DNA from: Haliotis rufescens
Lineage: Eukaryota
Length of the DNA: 63,670 nt
Direction of reading: 5' to 3'
Assembly (NCBI RefSeq): GCF_023055435.1
Contig: NW_025963779.1
Location: 36,704,331 to 36,768,000 of the forward strand
A program made the position numbers and the translations under genes. The notes below the pieces were generated by a model. It was not told the DNA's origin, ran no database searches, and saw only the letters and a program-made list of their open reading frames with translations. This document shows positions 1 through 13,600 of this stretch, in pieces; positions within the stretch are counted from its first letter, which is position 1, and each line of letters opens with the position of its first letter.

Positions 1-413
1 GTTGAACATGAATACCCCACTCAGACACAGTATACTGACTCCGAGCTGACCAGTCCTTGTTTTAGCCCCTTAATGCCGAGCAACTGGGGATCGAAACCTG
101 GACCTTCCATCTACCACTAGACCATGGAGGCGGTAACAACAAGTACCATCTTTTAACGTCTTTTGGTATGACACGGCTGGGGATCGAACCCTGGACCTTC
201 CATCTACCACTAGACCATGGAGGCGGTAACAACAAGTACCATCTTTTAACGTCTTTTGGTATGACGCGGCTGGGGATCGAACCCTGGACCTTCCATCTAC
301 CACTAGACCATGGAGGCGGTACCAACGAGTACCATCTTTTTACGTCTGTTGGTATGACGCGGCTGGGGATCGAACCCCGGACCTTCCATCTACCACTAGA
401 CCATGGAGGCGGT
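1..413 (-). mobile_element. tRNA-derived SINE with a tandemly quadruplicated head (93-bp unit)
   Basis: Units start at 84, 177, 270 and 363. On the minus strand each has A box TGGTCTAGTGG and B box GGTTCGATCCC. Bases 1-80 match the body of the SINE at 16133-16376. Confidence 0.85.
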
Positions 414-791
414 CCTCTCACTTCAGTGGGATAACTATTTGAACAGAAAAGACTTTGCATAGCTGTGGGAAGTGTTGCCATACAATCTAAGCTATCTTTA
501 GACAATCTAGGCTATCTATAAGACTTTCAGTTGTCGTAATCAAGAAAATATTTATCAAAGTGTAGTCGGGAATGAAAGTCGCAAGTTTGAAACTAGTGCC
601 GTATAGATCAACACAGTGGCTTTCTGATGACTTAGGGTTAGTCATTTCTTTCATCGGTCAAAGTCTGTGAAGGTCATTCTGACATGACCGGTAATGGGAG
701 GACTTTGTTCAGCAGTAGTGATAAGTAAGATCTGATTGTAATGAGATTGACACAGGTGGTGCTACAGTTAAAATATACATCTGACACATAC

Positions 792-944
792 CCTGACACC
801 ATAGCAGATTCCTGCATCAGGCTCCAGCTGTTGGTCTGGGTGGATCCAGCCTATCTCGGGTTTGTTCAGGAAGCTTCCTGTCCTGGACCATTCTGACGCA
901 GGAACCTTGTTCTTCTTCCGCAGCTTGTCAATCACACCAGCCAT
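792..944 (-). CDS. SHC: SHC-transforming adaptor protein (Shc family), first coding exon; gene continues past the left edge of the window
   Basis: Exon encodes MAGVIDKLRKKNKVPASEWSRTGSFLNKPEIGWIHPDQQLEPDAGICYGVR, matching the start of the Shc PTB region (EWTRHGSFVNKPTRGWLHP...VSYLVR). Acceptor tcttccAG at 946-947, ATG at 944-942, phase-0 donor GTATGT at 791-786. Candidate 5' UTR exons are 5496-5641 and one ending at 10255 (CAG|GTAAGG). Confidence 0.9.
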
Positions 945-2055
945 GCTGGAAGAGAAGACAGACATTATCACATTATCACATTATCACTGGACCAGACAAG
1001 TAATAGCATGAGCAATGATTCACACTGTTGGGGTACAATGACACGTAATCTGCTAAGTCAAAGCAGATCCATTAAGGTGCATATAATGTACGTATGGTGC
1101 GCATGCGTGCGTGCGTTTCGGGGGGGGGGCATGTAATGTATATGTACGTGTGTGCGTGGGGAGGATATAATGTACGTATGGTGTGTGTGTGTGTGCATGT
1201 GTGTGTGTGTGCTTGTGGGGGGGCATATAATGTACGTATTGTGTGTGTGTGTGAATGCGTGTGATTGTAATATGACACAGTTATCTTATAGCATGTGCTG
1301 CTGGGCAACAACAAAAAGCAGAAAATGTTGTCAAACATTCGTTCAGGGAAAAAACACCTCTCTATTTGATAAGAAACCATAAGGTCGAAACTACTGGCAT
1401 TTATCAATGTCTGGTATGCTGCTGGTCCTACAGCAATGCTAACCTGCTGATACTACCCGTCAGAAACACTAGCTGTTCACACGGTTCTTATAAATATTAC
1501 AGCTTCCGGGTACAAAACAACTTCCTGTTCATAGCTGAGTCCTACAACCCAGTAACACAGTTACATTATTGAACAAAAACAACTGCCTGGATCCAAACTT
1601 CTATCCTTAATGAATCGAGGTTGCAAGATCAGAGTTGGATTTACTTTATTGACACCTTCGAAGAATAAAATTTCTGGTAAAAAATACTGTTGCATATTAA
1701 AGTTACTGAAATTTGAAAATGACACATAGAACTATTTAAGCTAGCTAGCCAGCAATCTAGACATCGGAGGGAACTTGGGTATCTGATCTTGCAAGTTTTA
1801 TTCAACATGTTCAACCAAGCTCAAACTAACATTCCAGCACATCAAGGTTCTTAGTCTACCATACCAACTGCCAAACTGAGAAGCTGGTGTCAGTGGTTAC
1901 AGTTAATTCTAATCACAATAGCCCCCAAAATACTTGTGTTTCAGGCAACAATAATATAAAATAAATATTTTAATTATGTTGAACATTGATGGCTTGTTTA
2001 GAACTTATGTTAATTATAATGTTTCTCAAATTTGTAGGTCCAGGCAGCGACAGTT

Positions 2056-2599
2056 CATCTTCCCGAGGTAGAGAGTTAACTGACTATAAAAGTCCAGTTT
2101 CCACCCTTGCTGAACTAGGCTGGAATTCCTGGGCTCGATCGTAGCACCACCAGTGGTTGTTACGAGATAAGTCCCTTCTATGCTTCTCCTATGGACCAAT
2201 CAGATTCCACCTCTTGTATCACTTGCATTTGCTTCAAACAAAATGGCGGCGCCCAGTCAAGACTATCTGATCGATAATCAAGATCTATATTGTGAGAAAA
2301 CTGGTCTTACATCGCGAAGTGCATCAAATCACATGAGCACCTTGATTAAAAACTTGAAAAGATTTGGAAAAAATCTGTTTACAACGAGTTGGCGGTGCAC
2401 ATGCTGTGCAAATCCTGCAATCGTCCGAATTCTGCTTGACAGTTTACGAACTGGATTTTGATTGCAGTGTGCGATTTTGATTGGACTAAGCATAGACTCG
2501 TTAGTCCAGCCAAAATCTCACTCCATAATACCAGCCTAGTTCGGCAAGGATGGAAACTGGACTTTTAAAGTCAGTTAACTCCCTTGCCTCGGGAAGATG
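2056..2599. mobile_element. MITE with ~70-bp TIRs and 9-bp TSD (Mutator/MULE-like)
   Basis: CATCTTCCCGAGG...CCTCGGGAAGATG termini; TSD gcgacagtt (2047-2055) / gtgacagtt (2600-2608). Confidence 0.9.
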
Positions 2600-2969
2600 G
2601 TGACAGTTTTGATATTCAATGATAATATGTAGTCAGTTGGTTTATCTGAAACACAAATATTTTCTACGGGATTTATAAGATATCCATACATAGTGACTTA
2701 AATCCTATTACCTGATTACCTGATTACCATGATAACTCATTTTTTTAGGATTACCGGGTAATATGAATACCGCTTGGTTGGGAGAGTGACGATGCTATTT
2801 ACGACATATTAGACACCCCATTGGGATATTTGTACAGAAACGATTCACTGCACTCCACTCACAGCGAGGACATGGTGGTAACATCATCTTCTCAAATATT
2901 GTGAAAATGAAACAGAGGAAATAATCCCAGTACTGTTATGTGACAAATCTCTGTATTTGTACCACGCTG

Positions 2970-3720
2970 GCAACACAGCTGCATGACATGTCATGCTGGT
3001 CATGTTCATAGACAACACAGCTGCATGACATGCAATGCTGGTCATGTTAATAGACAACACAGCTGCATGACATGTCATGCTGGTCATGTTTATAGACAAC
3101 ACAGCTGCATGACATGTCATGCTGGTCCTTGTAAATAGACAACACAGCTGCATGACATGTCATGCTGGTCATGTTTATAGACAACACAGCTGCATGACAT
3201 GTCATGCTGGTCATGTAAATAGACAACACAGCTGCATGACATGTCATGCTGGTCATGTTTATAGACAACACAGCTGCATGACATGTCGTGCTGGTCATGT
3301 TTATAGATAACACAGCTGCATGACATGTCGTGCTGGTCATGTTTATAGACAACAGCTGCTTGACATGTCATGCTGGTCATGTTAATAGACAACACAGCTG
3401 CATGGCATGTCATGCTGGTCATGATTATAGACAACACAGCTGCGTGACATGTCATGCTTGTCATGTTTATAGATAACACAGCTGCATGACATGTCATGCT
3501 GGCGATGTTTATAGACAACACAGCTGCATGACATGTCATGCTGGTCATGTTTATAGACAACACAGCTGCATGACTTGTCATGCTGGTCATGTTTATAGAC
3601 AACAAAGCTGCATGACATGTCATGCTGGTCATCTTAATACAGAACAAAGCTACATGACATGTCATGCTAGTCATGTTTATACAGCAGAACACAGCTCCAT
3701 GACATGGCATGTTGAATACA
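2970..3720. repeat. 42-bp minisatellite, about 18 copies
   Basis: Unit ACAGCTGCATGACATGTCATGCTGGTCATGTTTATAGACAAC; explains the repetitive ORFs at 2884-3755. Confidence 0.95.
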
Positions 3721-3776
3721 GCCATGGAACTTTGTTTAATTATTCAATTGTTTGATTGATTATATTCCATCCTTAT

Positions 3777-4187
3777 TAGGCTCGGATGGTTAATCTGATA
3801 CTTGGGTTGGGTGGGTACTGAGTAGGACCCGGGTACCCACAGTTCTACCTGGACCCGTGGTTAGTCACGTGATACATCATTTAATGACAAAAAGTCACTA
3901 TAGCTCAGTGGTTACAGTACAAGTTGGTAATGTTTGCATTTCTTTCTGACGATGTACACATTCCTTTTGACTTGTATATGCTTGAGAAAAGTTAAACCTT
4001 TCGTCACTTCAATGTTCGCATGATCTGATCGTTTGATACATGTATGTAAATAGTTTTTGCCGGGGCTGTGGTAAATCAATTCCCAATCAGACAGTTTGTA
4101 CCCAACTCTTGAGACCTACAATGCGTACCCAGGTAGGAATAAGGGGTCAGGCACCCAGGAAGTAAATTTGGACTAATCCCAGCCCTA
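3777..4187. mobile_element. hAT-like non-autonomous DNA transposon (8-bp TSD)
   Basis: TAGG(G)CT...AGCCCTA termini, perfect TSD atccttat. Inverted relative at 49444-49825 and a partial copy at about 42150-42360. Confidence 0.85.
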
Positions 4188-6326
4188 ATCCTTATAGTAT
4201 TGAGATGACAGGAGCTTGGCTATCCAGTCCCAGACAAATTCTGAATTAAAATTATTAATTTTTGCATCTAAAATTGCTAAATTCTGCAGCAAAAACAATC
4301 ATTTTTTCCCTTAAAACTTAATACAAACTCATTTTTATTCTTTGAAACTTTTAATATGTTGCATTTATGGTTAAATATAAACATAGTATATGTGGTCATA
4401 ATACCACAAGAAAAGGAAAATCAATAGTACAGTATTCATGATATTTAATACTTGTCAACAGATGTCCATATAACCACCACATCATATTTATAACCCAGTC
4501 ACCAAATCCATCTGTATGTTATCAAGCTATGTCTTTATCACTGCTAACATAAGAACACAATATACACATTATGAATGGTGTGGGTGAAAATCGATATAAA
4601 CATATTTTTTTCCATAAAGTGGAGGGATTGGCAAACAAGCAAATTTTGCTTATCTCCCAAACATGATACATATACAAATAGCAATGTATTGATAGTGACA
4701 TGAGAAATAGCATACATTGTATAATTGGCATTAAAGGTAAGTATTGTTCTGTAAGTGTTTAATTACTGGATTATCTTCCATAACTACAGTTACATTATTA
4801 TTTACATTAAGCACAACAACATCGTGAAAATAGGTCAACAATATATCAAAGTTACATCATGATGATTGTATTTCAACTGATTTAACTCAAACAGGACTAC
4901 CATGTTGTCACATTTTTTAAGCATGTTTTAAGTATCATTCAAATAATAAATAATAACCTAATTATTTATCCTTCATTATTTGTTCATCAATAAACTTATC
5001 ACAGAGATAATGTGACACATCACTAAAACTTCAATTAAACACCATGGCATATATTTCTTTGAGACACTCCCCCCAGCGTTTAAACACAAAGATAATAATA
5101 GTGAATTCCATGCAAAAAAAACTACCTGGGATGTAATTGAAGCCTGGCGTCTAATCAAGTCAGTACAAGTTAACAGTAAAGAAGTTTGGGTCTCTTGTTG
5201 AAATATCATATACAGTGTTTGAATTCAAAGGGTCTTGGTCATGCCGTCAAGTTACAAGCTGAAGATTTAAGGGTCCATACATACAAATAGCACATCAGCA
5301 AACTTCAGTACCTCTGTCAATGTCAAACACTGATTTATTCAGAACACGTAAGTTCGAAAAAAGCATTAACAAAATATCCCATGCTACAAGTTCTATTTCA
5401 AAATGAGACAAAGGTTACCCTGGTTACATTTCTGACATTTATTTACTAAATAATGCCAAAATAAAAAAACAAAATCAGCATAATAAACTATTTACCTCAA
5501 TATGTGTTCCTCAGCAAGAGCACTGACTTGGTATGTGACCACAACGTGTGGTGGTCTGTGTCACTGCTGAGAGAGGACTGATTTCCTGGTTACCCTACTT
5601 GTCTGTCCAAGTCAAAAAGATGTGGACTAGTCCAAAGTCAGCTGAAGCAGGAAGTGTATTACATGAACAGTCCTGTGACTCAACAACTGTCCTTCAGTGC
5701 GTGTAGCGGCAAACTGGGTCAGTATGCATACCATGCCTAAACCCACGACTGTGTCACTAGTATTATCAAGTAAAGATATATTTAGACCTACAATGGTAAG
5801 CGTGACCCTGTGAGCCTACAAATAATTTATGTCAGTTCATCATGCTAAAAAAAAGGAGACAAAAGTCATTTGTTCCTTGCTTCCCCTAAATCTTGTGTTG
5901 GGTCCCGGACATAGGTCCCGGACATAGGTATCTCATACAAAGCTGAATCTGTACACACAGAGATAATATACTAAGGTCTATAGTACAACTCACAAAAAAG
6001 TAGGAAAACAGTTTCAAATTTACAATTCTGCTTCAGTGAAATTTAGTAATGTTTTTCTCCTGTTTGTCTTGAACACTCCCCCAGTGTATTGACTATTGAA
6101 CAGAGTAATGCCTTCACATCTAAACATAGTATCTGGCAATCATGATTTGGGGTGCCGCTACAAAGGAATGTGTACATAAGATTTCATGTAAACAGAATTT
6201 CATGTTGAAGTGAGACTTGACATTATATCACGATAAGATATTTTTAACTATTCTCAAGATCAAACATAGTCTGTACGGACACGATGCTTACAACTGACTA
6301 CCTATGATAGGAATTTGATTTAATAC

Positions 6327-6803
6327 TAGGGCTATTACGATTCACTCGCGTATTCGTTGAATCGAACCGTATCCATTCATGAATTGAATTCGTTATTCTT
6401 GGCCACTAGAATTGAATATTTATGAATATGCAAGCATATGCATTTACATAAAAAAAATACCCATAAGAACATATTTTATGCATAGATTTCTTCAAAAGAC
6501 AACACTCTTATACTATTTAATTTGACAGTATTGTGGTCACTGGTCATTGTTGCATTTGAGCAGAAACTAGTACCTGGATAAATGCAGTAAATAAATGGAT
6601 AATATAATTAATAATATATTAAAAAATAAACAAACCATGTCAAATAATTTATGTTGTTGTTGCCTCACTGAACATGCTGAATATGACAAATGATATATCA
6701 ACTGCTGACTTGTTATTGTATTCGTGAATTAATATTCGTATTCGTTACCCTATATTCATGATACAAATCGTTTTCGCCTCATAGTGTATTCGTTGCAGCC
6801 CTA
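6327..6803. mobile_element. hAT-like MITE, second family (8-bp TSD)
   Basis: TAGGGCT...GCAGCCCTA termini, subterminal ATTCG repeats, perfect TSD tttaatac. Confidence 0.9.
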
Positions 6804-7115
6804 TTTAATACCTACCGAATACCAGTGCATGTTACAGTGCCTGTGCACATAATAATACCTACTGACTAACTACACATTGTAATGCCTGCCAACTACCAAG
6901 CATTAAAAGTTGGGCTAGCAGTCAGAAACATTTACTAGCCCTGATGAACAAGCCTTACCTGTCATGTTTATTGCTTATATAATCAAAGAATGAATTTTCT
7001 GCTCTCCCTTGTGTATGGTGAAACACATCAGGGATATGTAGGAATAGGTGGATGAGTGAAGTACATCAGCGCAGGAATTCAAGTCAAATGAAATGCACAA
7101 TCTAGTTTCCTTGGA

Positions 7116-7305
7116 CATTTCACTAACCACCTGGATCACATTTACTAACCACCAGGATCACATTCACTAACCACCAGGATCACATTCACTAACCACCAGC
7201 ATCACATTCACTAACCACCAGGATCACATTCACTCACATTCACTAACCAACAGGATCACATTCACTAACCACCAGCATCACATTCACTAACCAGCAGGAT
7301 CACAA
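7116..7305. repeat. 22-bp minisatellite, about 8 copies
   Basis: Unit CACATTCACTAACCACCAGGAT. Confidence 0.9.
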
Positions 7306-10254
7306 TGATACATTATGTTAACTAATGTGGCCTATTGGACAAACATTTAGTCGATGAAATCTTATATCACACAATACCCTTCTCGACTCTAAAAATTAAA
7401 AATAATTTTCCTATGCTGATTTCATAGACTGTGGAATAGAGCTAGCTAGAGCTGGCTAGACTTGGAATTTGTATAAGTTTCTAATTTATTTATTTTTTAT
7501 AAAATAAATACATTCCAAAGTCATGGTGCAGGACTAGGAGTCTATGGGTATTGAGATTGACTTGTTACTTTCTGCAAATACAATAACTTTTATATATGAG
7601 CATGATGAGAAACAATTAAATTAATCACAATGTTATCAAATAATAAATGAAAAAAAATATATTGACAATGAAGTAATTGTTTTAATTCAACAAATTTCTT
7701 AAACCATTGCTTAGGATTTTCCTGCCAGGGAAATGGTTTTAAATTTCTTTTCTTAATCATTGTGCCAAATTAATTTTTTTTAAATTCAGATGCCTACACG
7801 TTTCACTGCTTGGTATTAAGTTAAAAAATATAAACAAGATAAAAAAACAAATGTGGCCTTTATGTCCATCACTTACTAATATCACCTATCCAAATTATTG
7901 CACTAAACACAATACTATGAAAAACTTGAGCTTGAAAGGGAAAGTAAAGTCAACATTGCAACTTTGCAGATTTTAATTTTTATACTTAATCTGAAACGCT
8001 TGACCAAAATTAAATATGAAATCGGAAATAGTGAATAAAAGACAATAAAATACAACACAATAAATCGTCCCCCAAACAAAAACTATCCTCCAGTAAGGGG
8101 ATTCCCCTTTCTGGCAGTTAATAAGGTACCCTCTGCTTGACGTGTTGTGCAATTTTAATGATGGGGCCTTATCTTTTCCACTGGGTACTGAGAGAACACA
8201 GAACTAACTTTGTAACTACCAGTAAGGCTCTACATTCAACATGGCACCTTCCTGCCGTCAGAAAAAGGTCACTCAGTATCCAATAAACTTTTCAAATCTA
8301 TCACATGGCTGAAATCTATTTATTGAGTCTATATGCCAAATATCTGCCTTGAAGGCACAGCTAAACACCAAATACCATTATCATCATTCAAAGCTATTAC
8401 ATAACATTGGATGCAAGATAAACAGCATCTCCATAATCAATCAACTCTTAATCTGGAGACCAGTGGTGCATGTCTAATTCCCAGGAGTGTCTACAGCTGG
8501 CCTGGGTGTTGCCTGTAGGGGTAAATGACTACTGTAAAATATACGTGATATACTCAGAAGACTGCTTCAAGGAATTAGCAAATGGTGAAAGTCACTGAAG
8601 CATGGTGGTTACTGATGTGTGATAATCTCATAATGGCACAGTGTTTCTAACCAGGGAGCCTCTAAATACATGGATCCTCATACCCAAATATGGAGAATTA
8701 TGATATCTTGCTTGACCTGACTGACCCACAAAATGAGGTCACCATATTTCACCCTTGATCTGTCATTGTTTAAAAGAGGGAGTTGCATGTGATGTCACTA
8801 TGGAAAGTCATTAGAAATCTCTTTGTGGGTGAGGTTCGTTTGGTGACATCATGAATACAGCATGTGTAGTGTTCAGTCACTAAAACATTAAACATTTTAA
8901 AGAAATAACAATGTAATGACTCCACTGAATAAATTCAACCAAAGTAATTAAATTATTGGTGCAGTTTATACTTATTTGCTTTGATTGAACAAAACAACAA
9001 TAAGACTGATTCTGCAGGGAATGAGGCCTACTCATCCGAAACAACCTGCCCTGTGTTAGAGGTGTCCTCTGACATGTGCAATATGTGTTACTTTTTAATA
9101 GCTTGCCGAATATGTTATTGTTATCATAATAATCAGAAAAATACAACAACAAAATATTTCCCCAGACTAACATATCTGAAATGTGCGTCTACTTACTACA
9201 GCTTGTGTAGTCAATACTTTTGTTTGAACATAACAAAGTACAAAAAGAGAATAAAAACATTTCCTCATAAAGACCACATACTAGTGAAATTAGAAGGATC
9301 TTGTTTTATGGATTCTGAGTTAAACATTTTTATTATGTTACATCATATTTACACAATTGTTTCATGAACTATTGAAACTGATCAGAAATTGGAACAGAAA
9401 AAATGGATTTAAATATGTCAAAATGTCCTATTGTAAAGCTAGAACTAGAAATTTCGCTAAGGTTTACTCTTGTTCTAGAGTGCTTTCATAAGTTTGTGAC
9501 ATGCAATGACAAAATATAGTTCAAAATTATAATTCTTTTCTATCTTATTATGTCACTATGAACAAGGAATGAAATGTAAGACTGCTTGGTAGTCAATGTC
9601 ATTCCTAGACATATTAATAGGGGATATGTCAAGACAAATGACATGCTTTGTAAGACATTTACTGAGGTCCTTGAAATTTGCTTCTATAGTACAGGATTGT
9701 TATGACAGGACTCTTTGCCTGTCATGATTAATTAAATTTAACACTGACCATGTTGGTAATAGCGAACATGACAGGAAAATACTCAAACATGTATCTGAAG
9801 AACATGTTTTCACATGTAATCAGTAATGAAATAATAGCTGGAGATCCATGTTTTCATGGTAACATAGAAGGAAAGTTTAGTATGTATTTCATAAATAGTT
9901 GTGGAACTCACCCTGCCTTAGACTTACAGCAATGTTTGGTAAAACCCATTCTAAATTGTCTCTCAAATTCACAAGCACAACCTCTTATACTTATCTTAAA
10001 CTGATTGCATCACATAAATAGAATATGCACGTGTGAGGTTTAAATGAATCATAGTCTAGATCGTGAGTACTGTATACAATCAAACCATTCACTGCATGCA
10101 ATGACAAATAGAACATGTTGTAACCTTCTATTTTTAGTAAAACGTGAGCTAAAAAAGTACTTAAAGTCATTATAGGAAATAGTGGTTAGTTACCGATCGA
10201 TATCATTCTCCAAATAAACGAACGTACCGTCGCTTAAATATCATATCGCCTTAC

Positions 10255-10689
10255 CTGATTGTGTGTTGTTAAAGCAAACAATACCCTGTTCATAAACTCA
10301 TCCCACCAAAACTAGGAAGTGGGATTGGCGAAATAAACAGGAAGTTCTCCATCGAAAGGACAGTGCGCATGCCTGCTATTTCCTAAGTTGTTTGTAAATA
10401 TAATGGTATTGTGATTGATAAAATGTCGTCCATCCTTAAATCTAAGCTATTTATTGTTGATGAATAGTCATATTAAAAAATATGGTGCTTCATAATTTCG
10501 ACAATCTTCGTCAAATATTCCGTAAATATCAATGAACCAATAGGGACAAATGTTTAGATCCTGCCGACCAATCAAATGCAGGGACCGTGTTTGAAAACCT
10601 GTCAGATGCCTTCATTCGGTCACTAAACTTGCTAAGAGAGGCACAGCGAGGCGGTATTTGGAAAGTTTCGAACAACCGCGAAACCGAAA
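10255..10689. promoter_or_regulatory. Bidirectional promoter / 5' UTR region of SHC(-) and CKS1(+)
   Basis: Locally CpG-richer. CCAAT at 10537 and 10568, reverse CCAAT at about 10324, TTTGAA (CHR-like) at 10590, CAGGAAGT (ETS-like) at about 10338, GTGCGCATGC (NRF1-like) at about 10363, and a minus-strand splice donor at 10254. Confidence 0.65.
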
Positions 10690-13600
10690 ATGTCTGCCAA
10701 ACAGATATATTATTCCGACAAATATACGGATGAGGACTTCGAGTACAGGTGAGCATGTAATAATTTACATCAACCTGTTTGAACAATACCGCTCATAACA
10801 AGCACTTGTTGCAACTTGTTTGAAAACTGCGACGGTTTTTAAATACAGGATACTCGATGAACGAATAATCATAATAAACCATAATAAATGAAATAGGTCT
10901 CACCAGGTAAACAATATATTGCCAGTACTAGAGGGGTCAAATCAGTGTAATCTGTATTCATAAAAGCAAAGTTATCTCAAACGGATGCGAGGTGTTGCAT
11001 TCACACGTGACATGTGACATATCATAAACGTTTTAGCTAAATAAGACGTATCACTGATCACTGGATATTTGGGAATTATTTTTTGTTAGAACGTATATCT
11101 TAATCGTATCATTTATTATGGCATGGTCCCATCTATAACTTCTACCACCCTGCCTCGAATTTTATAAAATTCATAACATCTGGTTAGTTTGCAAATTTAG
11201 CCCATGCAAATGGCGAAGATGGGGTTACTGGCACAAATCTTTCCCATTTCTTACCATATAAGCATATGGGACAAGCACTTGGTAAGGCTGCATAGTACAG
11301 ACAAGTGCTGATGCACTGCATACTCTTTCCAGTAACAATTGGCAATGTTGGCATCGTTTCTATGAAAAAGGTGAATTATTACCAGGCTCAGGGATCCAAA
11401 TAACCATTGAGTAAATTACCCATTTGTATGTTTTCATCAGCTGACAGTATTCACTCTAGTCTATTTATATTCCTTTGGATTTCAGATTTGGGGTACTCAT
11501 AAGTTGACATTTTAATAATAATTCTGCTTAAAATGCTGTTTCAGGCAACTTTTAATTTTCTTCTGTTCATAGTCTTTCCCATTTATCACATGATGCATAA
11601 GCTCCCAACAGCAATACACGTCTCAGTTGTAAGCGAGACAGCACTCGGGGAAAGACACATGTACAGCCACAAGACCGTTTGTCCAAGACTAGTCTTGTGG
11701 GACTTTTATAAAATATTGAGTTTTTACTTGAACGAAAGTGGTTTATTTCACTATAACACATTGTTCTATCATGTCATTTCTCGAGATTCGAACATGCATT
11801 GCAACTTAATGACGTGGTAAATTGGACAACGTTATGTTTGAACGAGAAGTGTCTAGTGAGTTGATCCCCAATGCAGAAAAATGCGGCGTTAAACAACAAA
11901 CATTCTTGTGCATAATAATGAAAACTACATTTAATCTAAAAACTTAAAACGTGTATTATTCCCACTTTACTCAGCAGCAATATGAATTTTTGTTACAGAC
12001 ATGTAATGCTTCCCAAAGAAATTGCCAAACTTGTGCCAAAGACTCACTTGATGTCTGAACCAGAGTGGAGAAGTATTGGTGTCCAGCAGAGCCATGGCTG
12101 GATACACTACATGAGACATGAACCTGGTAAGCTATAGTCCTGTAAGATTTGAAGAATTAGCAGTGGGGAATTGCGGGTTGTGTCCCAAGGTAATTAACTT
12201 TGTAAGTTTAGAGTATTGGCATGAAGTATTGATGTGTCAACATGGTCAAGATCCATTGTATATTTGGTTATTGTATATGCTGGTTATTGTCTTGTACAAT
12301 AGTTTGGCAGAAAAGAAAACAATCTCATAAAACTCAGATCTTAGTTTTCATTGCTAAACAAAGATCTGAGGACATCCCATTACTGCGGTCACGTCAGAAC
12401 GACCTTTCATCCGACCAATCAAAGCATCGCTTACCAGATCATGAAAGTGACAGTCAGAATGTGTTTTCTAATCATGCAACCTCGAAAACATTAACACAGT
12501 GTATTCCGAACGACAGTTATGGCCCATACGTCTGATTCCATCAAAATTATCGTCTATCTCTTGCTTCAATGGGATAAACATTTGAACGGAGGAGGTGTTG
12601 CACAGTATATGTGGGAAGCACTGCTATGCAATCTCAACCATATATTAGACATTCCGGTATGTTCGTTTGTTCAGTTATCAAAATCTTAATCGAGAACTGC
12701 GTCAACATATTTTTCAAGTGTAGTCTGAAAGGGAAGTCGCCAGGTTGAAACGAGGTCCATAAAGTTGCATAAAGAGAAAGCTGCTTACCAGTTGGCTGAT
12801 GTCGAGTTCTTGTTATTCATTTCAGTGGTCGGTCAAAGTTCACGAAAGGTCGTTCTGAAGTGACCCATAATGGGATGTCCTCAGATCTTTGTTTAGCAGC
12901 AGCGAAAACTTCAGCATTAGAATTTGGCACTAGTCCTGTAGTCCTTACCAAACTGCCCAATAGTAGAGGTATCCTAAGGACTAGTAGAATTTGGCCCATT
13001 TTAAGGGTTTTGCTATATCTTATCATTGTAAGGACTAGTGGACAAAAACTGTTAGTTTCTAACCCTGATTGGTTGGTTGGTTGGTTGGTTGGTTGGTTTG
13101 TTGTTTAACGCTGCACTTGACCATACTGAAAGATTGAAAGTTAGTAGTGGGGCTCAACAGTCAACACATTCCATTTTTTCAGCGATATTTCTAATTTGGG
13201 CCTTTACACTTTGAAATTATCTTATATTCTCTCAAGATGCATTTCCATGGAACCAATGGAGTTGAAACTTCACATGGTTATTCCCACCACTGATGACATC
13301 TGAAAAAAATTCAAGAGGTTTGAGTCTGATTTCATTATGGCCACCAATCACCAGGTTTTTCTCTGTTAACATCCCTAAAATTTCCAGACTGAGAAAGCTT
13401 GACTTTGTTATGTATGGTTCTTGTGACATTTTGTTCAGATCATAAAGATTTTTCTGTGTTCTTTTGTAAACAATTTGAAAAAATGTATAGCATTAGAAAA
13501 ACGTTATGCTCCATGGAAGATTTATAAGCATAAGACTTGTTTCTAACTTTATATTTGTATATACTTTTGTTTCCAATGGCACAAAATATAACATGTTTTA

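Noticed and set aside
84-413. Possible tRNA gene cluster
   Set aside because: A and B boxes are present but the anticodon arm is deleted and the sequence continues into SINE body.
1365-1395. TTGATAAGAAACCATAAGGTCGAAAC, a hammerhead-like core
   Set aside because: The CUGAUGA box is mutated and stems I and III are not found; at most a dead retroelement remnant.
2884-3755. Cys/His-rich ORFs (MTCHAAVLSIN, HDMSCSCVVY) resembling metallothionein or zinc-binding repeats
   Set aside because: Translations of the 42-bp minisatellite in several frames on both strands, with no gene structure.
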